In this document: positions 23,429-33,700 of the stretch, in pieces | Layout of the letters: each line of letters opens with the position of its first letter | Position numbering within the stretch: the stretch's first letter is position 1 | Virus record (IMG/VR): IMGVR_UViG_3300020577_005931 | Span: 190-64,189 of that record | DNA from: a virus | Taxonomy: Duplodnaviria; Caudoviricetes | Strand: one strand, 5' to 3' | Length of the DNA stretch: 64,000 nucleotides | Program-made: the position numbers and the translations under genes | The notes under the pieces: generated by a model | Told to the model about the DNA's origin: nothing | Databases searched by the model: none | Seen by the model: only the letters and a program-made list of their open reading frames with translations

Positions 23429-23942
23429 TAGTTGAAACCTCCCCTGTCGCAGACAGGATAACTCTTCTGACGTTGGTCGGCTTACTCCGATACTGCGCCC
23501 TGAAGCCCCGACAACGGCTTTTCGATATTCGGACAATACTCACGGAATCCTTCTGATTTCCACCGAGGATGTGATAATGCGAGGAGTCCTCCCCAACATA
23601 TATGCCTACGTGGTTGCCCCCTTCCCGAGAGAATACTGCGACAGCCCCCAACTCCCCCTCACAAGAGGAGCCGAAGTTTAGCCAGTTGGCGGCCCACAGC
23701 GGGTCTTTCACCACCTCTTTACCCGCCCTGCTGGCCACTAAAGCTACAAATAACCCGCACCAAGGAATTGAGTCGTGGGTGTATTGCGGTAGCCCCAACT
23801 CTTTCGCCCAATTCAATATCTCTGGGTTGTCTTTGTCTCCAACCACTTCCAAAGTGCCGTAAAGTTTCACAGCCTCTAGCAAAATCTTCGGGCCACGCTC
23901 GGAGATTAGCCAGGAATACTGTTCAGGGATCTCGGTTACCAT
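23418..23942 (-). CDS. Endolysin, TIGR02594-type (NlpC/P60/CHAP-like)
   Basis: DSIPWCGLFV, GNHVGIY, LGGNQ.DSV. Confidence 0.85.
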   Translation of the reverse strand: MVTEIPEQYSWLISERGPKILLEAVKLYGTLEVVGDKDNPEILNWAKELGLPQYTHDSIPWCGLFVALVASRAGKEVVKDPLWAANWLNFGSSCEGELGAVAVFSREGGNHVGIYVGEDSSHYHILGGNQKDSVSIVRISKSRCRGFRAQYRSKPTNVRRVILSATGEVSTNEA

Positions 23943-24259
23943 GATGCTTTGTCCCCGACGAACTTAACTAAAACCTTCTCAGTCAGGATGATCGCTCTTG
24001 CCCCCATGTGGCCACTTATGGCTATTAAGGCGGCGGCTAGCATCTTGTCGACCTCAGCCCACTCACACAGCATGAACGTCACCATCCCTGCGAAAGTAGA
24101 GATGAATATCTCCGCCAGAATCAACTTGACTTTTTGGCGCACGGTTAACTCAGAAGAGGTAGCTCTCCGAATCACTTGAACTACAGCCCCCCACGCTGAC
24201 AACCCCACAACCCAAGCGTAGGTGAGCCAGGTGTAGGCTGTTGGGTCTTTCTCGATCAT
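23936..24259 (-). CDS. Holin (LydA-like)
   Basis: EKDP..Y.W.TY.WV; multiple TM segments; AALIAISGHMG.RAI. Confidence 0.85.
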   Translation of the reverse strand: MIEKDPTAYTWLTYAWVVGLSAWGAVVQVIRRATSSELTVRQKVKLILAEIFISTFAGMVTFMLCEWAEVDKMLAAALIAISGHMGARAIILTEKVLVKFVGDKASW

Positions 24260-24269
24260 GTCTGTCGCC

Positions 24270-25889
24270 TCAGCCGCAGTACCAAGTATTAGTTACATCG
24301 TCTCTCACTAAGGATAGCATTTTGTTTGTGGTCCCTGTAGTGGTACCAATCAGGGTTACCCCAACAGCCCCGCTTATTGTGAGAGTATTTGACCCCTTGT
24401 GGAATATCTTCATGGTAGCTCTTTTTAGCATCTCCACGGCAGGGCTAGATGGGATGGTTAAAGTCAGCGCCCCCCCGGTAGTATCCATTACTAGCAGCTT
24501 ACCTTCTTCCCCAGGGGTAAGGGTGTGGTTGGCCGTGTAGACTCTGACCTCTCCGACGGCTTTGTTGGCCGAAACCCTCGAGCTGTAATTGGAAGCTAAG
24601 AGGGATCCGCATATCGGGGTAAGAGGGGCTGCCTGAATAAACTCGGATCCGTCTGAGACATAGATGTCGGAATAGGCTCCACCTGCTTCCACCTTAAAAC
24701 GAGGGCCGGTGGCGAAGGCGGTGGTAATACTGGCCACCGCAGGGATAACGTCAGCGTCGGCGGCAGAGAAGCTCAGCTCCATCGCTGCCGCCGTAAAGAC
24801 GATCCTGTCTGCGTCCCCCGTCGACGAGAAATCTACACTGCCGTCCGTTAAGTCGAAGGCTACTACGCCATTATCGTAAGAGGTGCCGACCGTAGCATTA
24901 GCCTTCGCCCCAGAGACAGAGCCAGTGACTGAGAACGTGGCGGTAGGCCCACCAGCAGTACAGACTAAAGTCCAAGTCTCTTCAGGAGCTCCTTCAGCGA
25001 ATGAGAAATTGCCGATAGTCCCGTTCCCGGCTATCGCCCCGCTAGCGGTATTGTCGAAGGTGATAGCCCCTAGCATGGAGGCTCCAAATATCGCTAATGA
25101 CTTAGAGGCGGCTTCGTCACGAGAGAAGGTGTAAGAGGGAGCCGCCCTCGTGCTACTAAATGGCCCAGCTCCGTCGTTACCAACATTGATAATAGCGAAC
25201 CCTCGGCCATTCTTGGACAAGTAGTACAACTCTTCTACCCAATTCGTACCGTCGAATCGGTACGACTCACCCGTAGAGGTCAATCTAACTATATCCCCTG
25301 CGACAGGGGTGATGAATCTCCACGCGACTCCATCCCACCAAGTGTAGTGGCCGTCATGCCCTGCCCACGCCCCGCTGCCAGTGGCGGCTACGATGTAAGC
25401 ATCCCTGACTGCTGGTGAGCCGGGCGGAGTGTCTAATGTCAGATCTATGACGGAAAAAGTGGATGTGTTAGGTAACCCCGCTTGTCCGTTGTACCACAGC
25501 CCTCCGGATCCGTGGGCCCCTCTGAAAGTCATAGACCTCTGGGTCGTTTGGTTGAAGAAAGTCCAACCATCTTTAGGGGTGACCAAGTGCCAACGAGTGA
25601 CTCCTGCATTATCCCCAGTCGCTATAGCCAATTTATTAGCTATGGTCGCGGCAGAGGCGGTATTCCACGGGGCGGTCGCCCCAGTGGGGGATGACCCGAT
25701 TATGTACATTTTCCCTGGAGCGGGGTTGGATGAACTGGCCCACGGGTCGGCGTTAACCTGGTCCACCACAACTCCAGTCATGAATGCGTCAGCCATCAGC
25801 AAGTTGAGATCCATCCCGTCCTTCCAACCGTCTTCTCCGGCTTCCCAGTCGTAATTAACCCCGATGTTGGGCAGTGCTGTCTGACTCAT
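24270..25889 (-). CDS. Tail fibre/appendage protein with two DUF2793-like domains
   Basis: N-term YDWEAGEDGWKDGMD; PAVRDAYIVAATGSGAWAGHDG..TWWDGVAWRFITP and a diverged first copy. Confidence 0.75.
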   Translation of the reverse strand: MSQTALPNIGVNYDWEAGEDGWKDGMDLNLLMADAFMTGVVVDQVNADPWASSSNPAPGKMYIIGSSPTGATAPWNTASAATIANKLAIATGDNAGVTRWHLVTPKDGWTFFNQTTQRSMTFRGAHGSGGLWYNGQAGLPNTSTFSVIDLTLDTPPGSPAVRDAYIVAATGSGAWAGHDGHYTWWDGVAWRFITPVAGDIVRLTSTGESYRFDGTNWVEELYYLSKNGRGFAIINVGNDGAGPFSSTRAAPSYTFSRDEAASKSLAIFGASMLGAITFDNTASGAIAGNGTIGNFSFAEGAPEETWTLVCTAGGPTATFSVTGSVSGAKANATVGTSYDNGVVAFDLTDGSVDFSSTGDADRIVFTAAAMELSFSAADADVIPAVASITTAFATGPRFKVEAGGAYSDIYVSDGSEFIQAAPLTPICGSLLASNYSSRVSANKAVGEVRVYTANHTLTPGEEGKLLVMDTTGGALTLTIPSSPAVEMLKRATMKIFHKGSNTLTISGAVGVTLIGTTTGTTNKMLSLVRDDVTNTWYCG

Positions 25890-25910
25890 GGTTGTACCCT
25901 CTCTATTAAC

Positions 25911-28900
25911 TTACTGGACCCAAGGGGAGGCGGATAGGCTCACCCTCAAGGAGTCGAATTGGAACCCAACCTGTCCTAGGTTAGCGTGGAGTTCTGCAGC
26001 AGTGGCAGCGAAGACAGGGAACCACGCCAAGGTTGTGTCAATGCCGGTTACTATTTTGACCGGCGTAGTATCTCCGTCAAGAAAAATCTTCAAGGAGGAG
26101 TTTACCCCATCGTAGAGAAAACTCGCCACCACGCCGTCCAAAGAAGTAATTCCCGTCCCTACTATGTCCGGCCCCGCTCCCGGGGATAGCCCGTCACTGG
26201 GGTCGAGAATCATGTCCGTACTCAGAGACCCATTCTCCCTGACAAGAAGACTGGTCACCCCTGTAACCTCCCCTGCGGCGGCGGAGGCTACGACCCCTAT
26301 AGCGCAGATCCCAGCTAACCGCCCAATACTGACCTCAAAATACCTCACTGCCGACGAAGTCACTCCTGCAATTCCGTGCACTTCTACTGCCGAAGTCCCG
26401 CCGGAAGCGAACCCAGAATCGTACATAGACTCGTCCGCCCAGTCTGGGAGGCATCCGCCATAACTGATAAGGTGTTTCGGGGTCTCCGGGGAGGCCGTCT
26501 GCCGGTTGTAGAGGTCTACTAGAGCCCCGCCATAGTAAAACCCAGGATGAGAGTCTGGCAGCCGTTGATTGAACTGCGCGCCACCCACCCTAACCAAGGC
26601 TTTCCTGGCTTCCAAGGCTATTCTCGTGGTCGGGGAGTCATCTGCGTAGGCTCCTGCCCCTGGGTAGGTCTGAGTGAATGGTTCATACATCCAGCTAGCT
26701 TGGTCTCCAACTTGCAGGGTTGACTTGGTTGATCTGCTTACCGACCAAGTAGCCCCGTCCAGTGAAGTTGCAACTTTCCCGCCCCCAAAGACTTCTATCT
26801 TATGGGTCGGTGACCCTGAATTGACCATGTAGTAGATTAGGGCATTTCCCGCGCAAGGGGCGTATGACGAAAGCCCTATCTGAGAGACGGTAAACGTGTA
26901 CCCGTTAGTTGTCCTGAAGACTCGAGTCCCCCCGCCCGCTGACGGATCCCCTACGGTATCAAAAATAAAATACTCGGAGGTCGGAGGGTAATACTGCCAA
27001 GCCCAAGGGTTCATCGCCCTGGCCGGGTAGCTGGCGGCTGAAAGAGTCCAAGTAACTAAGTCTGCGGAAGTTGCGACTCCCGTCTTCGTGTAATCCGTCA
27101 GCAGCCCTCCTACGGCCACGTAGGTACTTCCAAACTTCTTAATGAACTCCACCTGCAGAAGAGAGCTGACAGGGTTAGCAACTCCGTTGGTACCCGCTCT
27201 GGTGAACATAGCTCCTGGTGCCACAGAGGCAACAGGGAGAGTGAATACCTCGCTGCCCTTGTTAGCCACAGCGACTATCGTTGTACCGTCGTGGGTCACA
27301 AAGTCGAATAGAACTGGCAAGGAATAGCAGTTACCAGCCGAGTACCCTACATCCACCTGAGCCGCAAGGGCCTGAGTTTTGGAGAAGGACACCCCCGTCC
27401 TACCTGTGGTGATGAACCCTACTCGGTGGGATGTCCCTGAGCCAATCGAACAGCAAATCTTTGCTTGGTACTCTGTGGCAGGGAGGTCATACCCGCTGGC
27501 AATGGAGAAATCCTGCATAGCCCCGTAAGCGTAGTAGAAAGGCATCGCCGCGCTCGGCGCCGCTGCCAATCCCCCGCTGGCCTCTGCATCTTTGAGGAAC
27601 CCGTCATTGTGGATCCAACGATCTCTCGCCCAGATAGGCTTAGGGCATCGAGTGTTAACGTAGTCGACTTGGGAAAGTGAATCCCCGGGTGACTGCAAAG
27701 CCACTCCATCAGTCATGCCACCGTAGCCGTATCCGTAGCCATAGTTGTAACCTACTAGCCACTCGGTCTCATAGACGAAGGTGGCGCTGGAAAACCCCGC
27801 CTTACTCGCTTTAATGTGGAACAGTATGTCGTAATACTGCTGCGACATAGTTGGGTAGCCGCTCAGGGTGTAAGCCACACTTGAAGGGACATACAGGAAT
27901 CCCGCCGGACCTTCAAGTGTGGCTGTATAGGAGCCCAGTAAAATGCTCGCCCCAGGGGTCTCTGGTGAGTCGTCGGTAAACTTTCGATAGACTTCTATTT
28001 CATAATAAACCCCATCCTCCGTCGGTAGGCCCGGTTGATCCCATGCGATAGCGACATCGCTCTGAGTTGTCTTGTCTCTGCCCGCCCATTCAATAACAGG
28101 CTTTATGAGGCAGTTGCGATTCAGTAACACCCCTCCTTGGCTGACAGCGGCGGCGGGGTAAGGAGCTGGCCACAGAGCTTGCTCCGTCACCACCCCAGGA
28201 TACGGGAGTAACGCTGTGGTCCCATCCAAGGAGGGGCTCCCTAGTCTTCCTGACGGAAGGACAGCCACCTGTGCGGGGAACGCAGTTTGGTACGCGGTGC
28301 CGCTGTACCTAGCTCCTGCGGTTCCGTTGAACCACCACATCTTCGCCCCGTCCGCGTGGGCAGCGGGGACTGTCTCGTACACCCCTCGTTCTAAGGTCAT
28401 CAAGAGGTAGTCAGAGTCCTCTGGGTCATCCACTATACTGACGCAGCGGATGGCTTCATCATCAACATAGAACCAAGCCCCTTCGGCTGTGGCCTCACTC
28501 ACTAAGGACATATTCTTCATCTTGACAGTAGTCCTTAGTACCCCAGTGTTGCCGATCTGGTTGTCCAAGATGGGGAGTTCCCCATCTAGTTCCGATGTTG
28601 GGCAGATCTCGCCAGAGGCAAGTTTGACCGCCGTGCTAGACACCCCGGTCCAGACATCAAACGCTTGGGTGACTCCCCTGTCGTCTCTACTCGCCAGCAC
28701 GGTAAATAACCGCATCTCTTGAGGGAGACTGGCTAGGAGAGACGTCCCCCCAGACAATAGCGCAGTGACATAAGGGGTTCTAATGAACCTCAACTCTCCA
28801 AGGGAGAACTGTGAGGGAAGTTGGTTGAGATTGACCCACCCGGATCCTGGGGCCGTCCCTATATACGGGGAGTCAGTCAAGGAGAAGCTATCCTCTACCG

Positions 28901-30479
28901 CGTCGAACTCCACCCAATTATCTTCGAGGGTTTTGTAGTTTATGTTGGCCACCCTGAACACTTGGCCATTGATTCCGTGCTCAGGGTAATTCAACCTGAA
29001 AGGAGAGCCTTCTACGAAAGTGAAAGCTGCTTTACCACTCCCTCCAGGGGTGGGAGCCAGTCTCGAGATCCGCATTCCTTGGTATCTTCCAGCAAGAGAG
29101 CATCGAGTTCTCACTGCTCTCTCACACAATTCAGCCGCCAGTGTTCTGGACTTCACCCCGGGGAACTGCAGGGTGTCAGAGATGGTCGACCCGTAGATAG
29201 AGGTCATGGCGGTGTTGCTCCTTGTCACCGCCTCCGTCTTCTCGTCTTCATAGCTGGTGTACATTACTGTAATGCTATTGACAGCTTCCTCCCCTATCGG
29301 GCGGGAGAAAGTACCGAAATCTATGATCTGAGACGGCCCCAACATAGGGAGGTTCTCTACCTGATCGTCAGGGACTTGCCGGATTAAGTTCATCTCGAAC
29401 AGACCCGTGAGCGGGTCCAGATAGACGTTTCCGTCCACATAGGCCATCATCTTACTGATGAACTCACGAACACTTTCCTCCCCCCACCATACTATCCCTA
29501 CTCCGACCGCCTCACCATTTTTAGTGTTACCGTACTGGTCAACATAGGGGGTGTGGTGAAGTTGATCTGCACACTTTCTGAATGACTCACCTATCTGGGT
29601 GGGAGACACTTTCATCCCAAACCGTAGGTCCAACATACATTGGACAACGACATGGGCGACGTTCATAAACTCTAACCCATCTCGGATAACCACTGCCTTC
29701 TCTGGGTACCAGCACCCACCTGGGCTGTTCCAGCCTTGCAGCGCCCTGAACGCCCTCACCCCCACTTCTTTGAGGGTCGGATTCATCGCCCCCCAGTAAA
29801 ACCCCGTGTGGTGAGTAGCGGGCTCAGATAACTTTGCTTGCCGGTTAAGGAATATAGAGGGGCTAAAAAACCTTATCCAGTCCTTCGACACATAGTCTTT
29901 ATAGGATGTGATGTTTGAGTGGAATACCATCGAGAGTATCCCACGGTAGCCCGGGGTGTAAGCTTGCCGCTCCCCCGGGGGCGCGGTGGCTGGACGAAGC
30001 TTAGTGTCCAAGTAAGTATTTATCCCTTGAGTCTGAGTGCCGTGCAAAACATCTATGATGCCAAGAACTCCGCCTTCCTCGTGCTCCCCGCCAAACAAAT
30101 TAGCCTTATTGACGACTATTACATCCGGGATGGTTATGTCATCCCCACCGCTGGTGGGATGCTCTTGGTCAGTTGGGATATTGTGGGCGTACCCGGGCGC
30201 ACTGGAGACTAAGAGGCCCGGAGCGGCTACACCTTTCCATCCAGTTTTACCTCTGAAAGTAACCTCGAGGACTTTGTCCACAGGGCCATGACAGACCCCT
30301 ATGTGGAGGCCAGCGTAGTATTCGTAACCAGAGACGTAGGATTTATCGAATGCCCCTCCAACAGAGCTATCATCCAGCCCTAAAGCTTTCAGCAGAGCGG
30401 TTACTAGCTCGTTACCGAGATCAAATTTTATGACTTTCCCGGCAAGGCCACTCCCGCCAGAACTATCAAATAGCCCCAT
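25911..30479 (-). CDS. Tail tip/central fibre protein with C-terminal extension
   Basis: N-term YEYYAGLHIGVCHGPVD typical of D3112/YuA-type tail tips; 1522 aa. Confidence 0.8.
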   Translation of the reverse strand: MGLFDSSGGSGLAGKVIKFDLGNELVTALLKALGLDDSSVGGAFDKSYVSGYEYYAGLHIGVCHGPVDKVLEVTFRGKTGWKGVAAPGLLVSSAPGYAHNIPTDQEHPTSGGDDITIPDVIVVNKANLFGGEHEEGGVLGIIDVLHGTQTQGINTYLDTKLRPATAPPGERQAYTPGYRGILSMVFHSNITSYKDYVSKDWIRFFSPSIFLNRQAKLSEPATHHTGFYWGAMNPTLKEVGVRAFRALQGWNSPGGCWYPEKAVVIRDGLEFMNVAHVVVQCMLDLRFGMKVSPTQIGESFRKCADQLHHTPYVDQYGNTKNGEAVGVGIVWWGEESVREFISKMMAYVDGNVYLDPLTGLFEMNLIRQVPDDQVENLPMLGPSQIIDFGTFSRPIGEEAVNSITVMYTSYEDEKTEAVTRSNTAMTSIYGSTISDTLQFPGVKSRTLAAELCERAVRTRCSLAGRYQGMRISRLAPTPGGSGKAAFTFVEGSPFRLNYPEHGINGQVFRVANINYKTLEDNWVEFDAVEDSFSLTDSPYIGTAPGSGWVNLNQLPSQFSLGELRFIRTPYVTALLSGGTSLLASLPQEMRLFTVLASRDDRGVTQAFDVWTGVSSTAVKLASGEICPTSELDGELPILDNQIGNTGVLRTTVKMKNMSLVSEATAEGAWFYVDDEAIRCVSIVDDPEDSDYLLMTLERGVYETVPAAHADGAKMWWFNGTAGARYSGTAYQTAFPAQVAVLPSGRLGSPSLDGTTALLPYPGVVTEQALWPAPYPAAAVSQGGVLLNRNCLIKPVIEWAGRDKTTQSDVAIAWDQPGLPTEDGVYYEIEVYRKFTDDSPETPGASILLGSYTATLEGPAGFLYVPSSVAYTLSGYPTMSQQYYDILFHIKASKAGFSSATFVYETEWLVGYNYGYGYGYGGMTDGVALQSPGDSLSQVDYVNTRCPKPIWARDRWIHNDGFLKDAEASGGLAAAPSAAMPFYYAYGAMQDFSIASGYDLPATEYQAKICCSIGSGTSHRVGFITTGRTGVSFSKTQALAAQVDVGYSAGNCYSLPVLFDFVTHDGTTIVAVANKGSEVFTLPVASVAPGAMFTRAGTNGVANPVSSLLQVEFIKKFGSTYVAVGGLLTDYTKTGVATSADLVTWTLSAASYPARAMNPWAWQYYPPTSEYFIFDTVGDPSAGGGTRVFRTTNGYTFTVSQIGLSSYAPCAGNALIYYMVNSGSPTHKIEVFGGGKVATSLDGATWSVSRSTKSTLQVGDQASWMYEPFTQTYPGAGAYADDSPTTRIALEARKALVRVGGAQFNQRLPDSHPGFYYGGALVDLYNRQTASPETPKHLISYGGCLPDWADESMYDSGFASGGTSAVEVHGIAGVTSSAVRYFEVSIGRLAGICAIGVVASAAAGEVTGVTSLLVRENGSLSTDMILDPSDGLSPGAGPDIVGTGITSLDGVVASFLYDGVNSSLKIFLDGDTTPVKIVTGIDTTLAWFPVFAATAAELHANLGQVGFQFDSLRVSLSASPWVQ

Positions 30480-30724
30480 TACTTCACCTCAGTTTCTCTG
30501 GCTCTGCGTATCTCGGCGCACTCTATCACTTTCGCCAAGTATGGGTCTTTAATTTCTCTCAGCTCAGATAACAATAACCCTTCTCGGAGGATCTTTCTGT
30601 AGGACTTCCCATTGCGCTCAGCCCACCTCTTCAATCCTGGGAGGCAATACTCCCCACTCCTGCCTTTCCTCACTGCGCGGTAATCTTCAAGAGTGACTAG
30701 GAAATCACCATCCCCTGTACTCAT
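30479..30724 (-). CDS. Tail assembly protein
   Basis: YCLPG.KRWAERNG.SY...LREG pattern; position before tail tip gene. Confidence 0.7.
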   Translation of the reverse strand: MSTGDGDFLVTLEDYRAVRKGRSGEYCLPGLKRWAERNGKSYRKILREGLLLSELREIKDPYLAKVIECAEIRRARETEVK

Positions 30725-30725
30725 G

Positions 30726-30962
30726 TTATTTCCCTCCGTTAGCAATGATAGCGTGCCTACTAACATCTCCGAATCCTAGGACGTTAACGTCTTTGATAAG
30801 CGCCGGGCCAAACAGGGCGGGGACTATCATCCCATCTTTGGCGACTGGCCTCCCGACTTTATTGGAAACAGTAGTGTCATCTGGCTTAGGTGCCATAGCG
30901 TAGGAAACTGCAGCGGACCCTGCTGCGATTAACAGTTGGACTACTAAAGCTGGCCAAGGCAT
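30726..30962 (-). CDS. Small tail assembly protein
   Basis: Hydrophobic N-term, APKP, P..DG..VP.LFG. Confidence 0.75.
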   Translation of the reverse strand: MPWPALVVQLLIAAGSAAVSYAMAPKPDDTTVSNKVGRPVAKDGMIVPALFGPALIKDVNVLGFGDVSRHAIIANGGK

Positions 30963-30974
30963 AGGAGACTCCTC

Positions 30975-31832
30975 TTAAAATTCATCCACGGTAGGGTCGT
31001 ATGGGTCAATTACAGGGAGGATGGGGTCCCCTCCGTAGTTGACTTTGTTGTTGAACTTAATATGACAATCATACGAGTCATGCCTGCAACCGGCGAAGAA
31101 GCTAACCTGCGCCCCAGAGACAAACCCTCTGATCGCCGGAAACACGGTGATCAGCCCAGTAGTGTGGTCATAATCTATTATCGCCCGCTTTCCCACTACG
31201 TTGGAAACGGTGTCATCATAAATAATGTACCCCCCGATGAACCAACCCTCTTTTAAGCCGATTGGGAGCCCTGCCGTAGACCACACCAAGTCAGGGGATT
31301 GCAATTTATTAGACGAGGTGATGGTGGGGTTACATACAACCTTTTTGGTTTCAGGATCGACCTTGCAGTTGAATGGGTCGTACAGGGCGTAGGGGCAAGC
31401 CTTCTGGTATCTTATCGGATTGCCCAACCTATACTCATTATGCAAGAGGCTGATCCCGTGTAGGGACACAACCTGCCCGGTCACTTCATGAGCTCTAACC
31501 CTACCAACCCAAACCTGCCTAAAATCACTCAAATCACCCCGCTGCGCCCTGAAGATCGAGAGGTTAACAGGCATAGACGGTGGTACCGTCAGAACTTGCT
31601 GTACCAAGGAATTTGGAAGTGCCATTTGGAGTTCTAGGTTACCTTTCTCCGGGTTAGAGGTACCCTCGATGTCCCCTCGGCTGATGGAGGCCATCTGATA
31701 GGTTTCCCCACGGAATACGACATCCTGGTCAAACCCTGAATAAGTGTACACTTCATCGCCGAAACTGAATCGGAAAATCTCGACTGGCTGGGAGTCGCCG
31801 AAACTGGCTTCTCTGTCTTCGTATAGGGACAT
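30975..31832 (-). CDS. DUF2163/BR0599-type tail hub protein (gpL-like)
   Basis: CPYALYD..C and GCRH...DC..KFNN..NYGG Cys cluster; start MSLYE at 31832. Confidence 0.85.
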   Translation of the reverse strand: MSLYEDREASFGDSQPVEIFRFSFGDEVYTYSGFDQDVVFRGETYQMASISRGDIEGTSNPEKGNLELQMALPNSLVQQVLTVPPSMPVNLSIFRAQRGDLSDFRQVWVGRVRAHEVTGQVVSLHGISLLHNEYRLGNPIRYQKACPYALYDPFNCKVDPETKKVVCNPTITSSNKLQSPDLVWSTAGLPIGLKEGWFIGGYIIYDDTVSNVVGKRAIIDYDHTTGLITVFPAIRGFVSGAQVSFFAGCRHDSYDCHIKFNNKVNYGGDPILPVIDPYDPTVDEF

Positions 31833-33700
31833 CAGGCCGCATCCTGTGATGGGAAGTCCGGGGCGGTGGCCAACGGTAAAGTCACTTTCGCTAGCCGGGC
31901 GTGAACCCACTCGAGCTCGACCACATCAGTATCTAGCCTGAATCTGCTCAGCCAAGATGCCCGCCGTATATCTGAGCTGGCAAACCCGACTGGAAATCCA
32001 GCGTTTAATGTTATAGACGCCACCCCAGGGGAGGACTCCGTGTAGGCAGATATCTTAGCCCTGAGAACCACTCCGTTATTCAACTCTATTTGGATGTGCT
32101 GGCGCTCAACTTTGCCTGCTGACATTAAGATGTAGTTGTCGTCGTAGAACTCAAACTGAGTCCCCCCGAGGTCATAGTTTCTGGTGATAGACCTGAAGTC
32201 GTTTCTCCAAGATGGCATCCAAAAGCTGACCGCCATCCCCCTTCTACGGAACAAAAATTCCCTGAATTGCCGTATATCAGTTAGCCCTTTCAAGACCCAA
32301 GAGTGGTTCATCTCCCGTTTAGGGCGCTTCCATGTAGTGTAATTGAACACCACGCCGGTTCCGCCATCAATTACCCCGGCCTCATAGGTCATATCCCAGT
32401 CCAGTCCTCTCGCCCAATCCGGCTCTCGAGTTAGAACTTCCTCACCTCGGTAAAGTGAAGTGGCGGCTACGTCTGGAGTGAATGAATCCTCCTCCGCAGG
32501 GAGGACTCGGAGCTTAATCCCCCCTTCGGCGAAGTTATTGGTTCCCCAGTTAATAGCTAGGTTGCCTTGGATGTACCCTGAAGTAGCAACAAACACAGTT
32601 GCATGGGTGGACCATGAGTTCGCTACTGGGGTGACAAGTGACAGGTAGGTTGGGGTCACTTCCGCGATACTTAACGTCTCTGCCATGCCAGTGGTTTCGT
32701 TGTAAAGCATCGCGTACCCGTCGACAGTGAACCCCTTATCCGCCGTGTCCAGATAGATTACAGACGCTCCGGACGCAGCAGGTTGGGTTAGCTGAGAGAA
32801 GTATTGGAACAGAGGGAATACCAATACCCGATTCTGCCAGCCAAATGAGGTATTCTCCAGTCTCTTAGCATCATGGGTGTTGAGGTACATACTGTAGCTC
32901 AGACTTCTCCTGGCGTTGGAGATGAGAGCCGCTCTTGACTCCGTTCCGTCGTAGGTAGTATTGAAAGCTGTCTTCCACTCCAGGGTCTCTCTGACTGGGT
33001 CCTTCCAGTTATGAGGGAACACCCAAGACTGCGCCCGAACCCCAGAGATCTCGACTAGGTATGACTCCCCGTCAATCAGAATAGATACTTTCGCCGCGAT
33101 GACCGCCGCCCCGCTTTCCGCGTCAATGTTAAACTTCCATTCCCTTTGCTCTAGCTTCAGGAAAGTGTAAGGAAGTTCATCACCAATATCTTCTGTGACC
33201 CCTGAAGCATTCAGCATGGAAATGGAAGTAGCTACCTTAGTCTCGAAAAAAGCGCTCCAGATCTGCGCCGTGACTTCCTTATCCACAGCGACTGCCCCCA
33301 AGGAGAAGGAGGAGGGGAAGATATGAATCTGGTCGTACAGGAAGTACCGCTGGACGGATTCTCCTAAGTACCCTGCCAACCCGGGGTTGAGTAGCGGTAG
33401 ACTAGCCTCGAATGGAGTCCTAGTATATGTGTCTGAAACTAAGGCGTTGGGGTTGCCAGAGAAAGCCAGGCCGCCTGAATCTACGACACTGATAACTGCC
33501 CCGTTACCGTCATACCCGACCTTCTCGAAATAGTACCCTTTAGGGTACTGACCTGTCATCTCTGTCAAGGGAGGAGTGGGGTTCGACACCATCCACCACC
33601 CCCCTAATCCATCAGAGACCACTCCGTAGGAAGTTCCGTACGCCAGCCCGTACCCATACTCGGACTTCCTAGATAACAGGACTCCAGAATAATTCGTCAT
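31832..33700 (-). CDS. Virion structural protein (distal tail-like)
   Basis: FPHNW..PVRETLEWKT and FL.RRRG....FW.PS patterns. Confidence 0.75.
   Translation of the reverse strand: MTNYSGVLLSRKSEYGYGLAYGTSYGVVSDGLGGWWMVSNPTPPLTEMTGQYPKGYYFEKVGYDGNGAVISVVDSGGLAFSGNPNALVSDTYTRTPFEASLPLLNPGLAGYLGESVQRYFLYDQIHIFPSSFSLGAVAVDKEVTAQIWSAFFETKVATSISMLNASGVTEDIGDELPYTFLKLEQREWKFNIDAESGAAVIAAKVSILIDGESYLVEISGVRAQSWVFPHNWKDPVRETLEWKTAFNTTYDGTESRAALISNARRSLSYSMYLNTHDAKRLENTSFGWQNRVLVFPLFQYFSQLTQPAASGASVIYLDTADKGFTVDGYAMLYNETTGMAETLSIAEVTPTYLSLVTPVANSWSTHATVFVATSGYIQGNLAINWGTNNFAEGGIKLRVLPAEEDSFTPDVAATSLYRGEEVLTREPDWARGLDWDMTYEAGVIDGGTGVVFNYTTWKRPKREMNHSWVLKGLTDIRQFREFLFRRRGMAVSFWMPSWRNDFRSITRNYDLGGTQFEFYDDNYILMSAGKVERQHIQIELNNGVVLRAKISAYTESSPGVASITLNAGFPVGFASSDIRRASWLSRFRLDTDVVELEWVHARLAKVTLPLATAPDFPSQDAA

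Noticed and set aside
24270-30479. Diversity-generating retroelement or invertible tail-fibre system
   Set aside because: No reverse transcriptase, template/variable repeat pair or invertase seen
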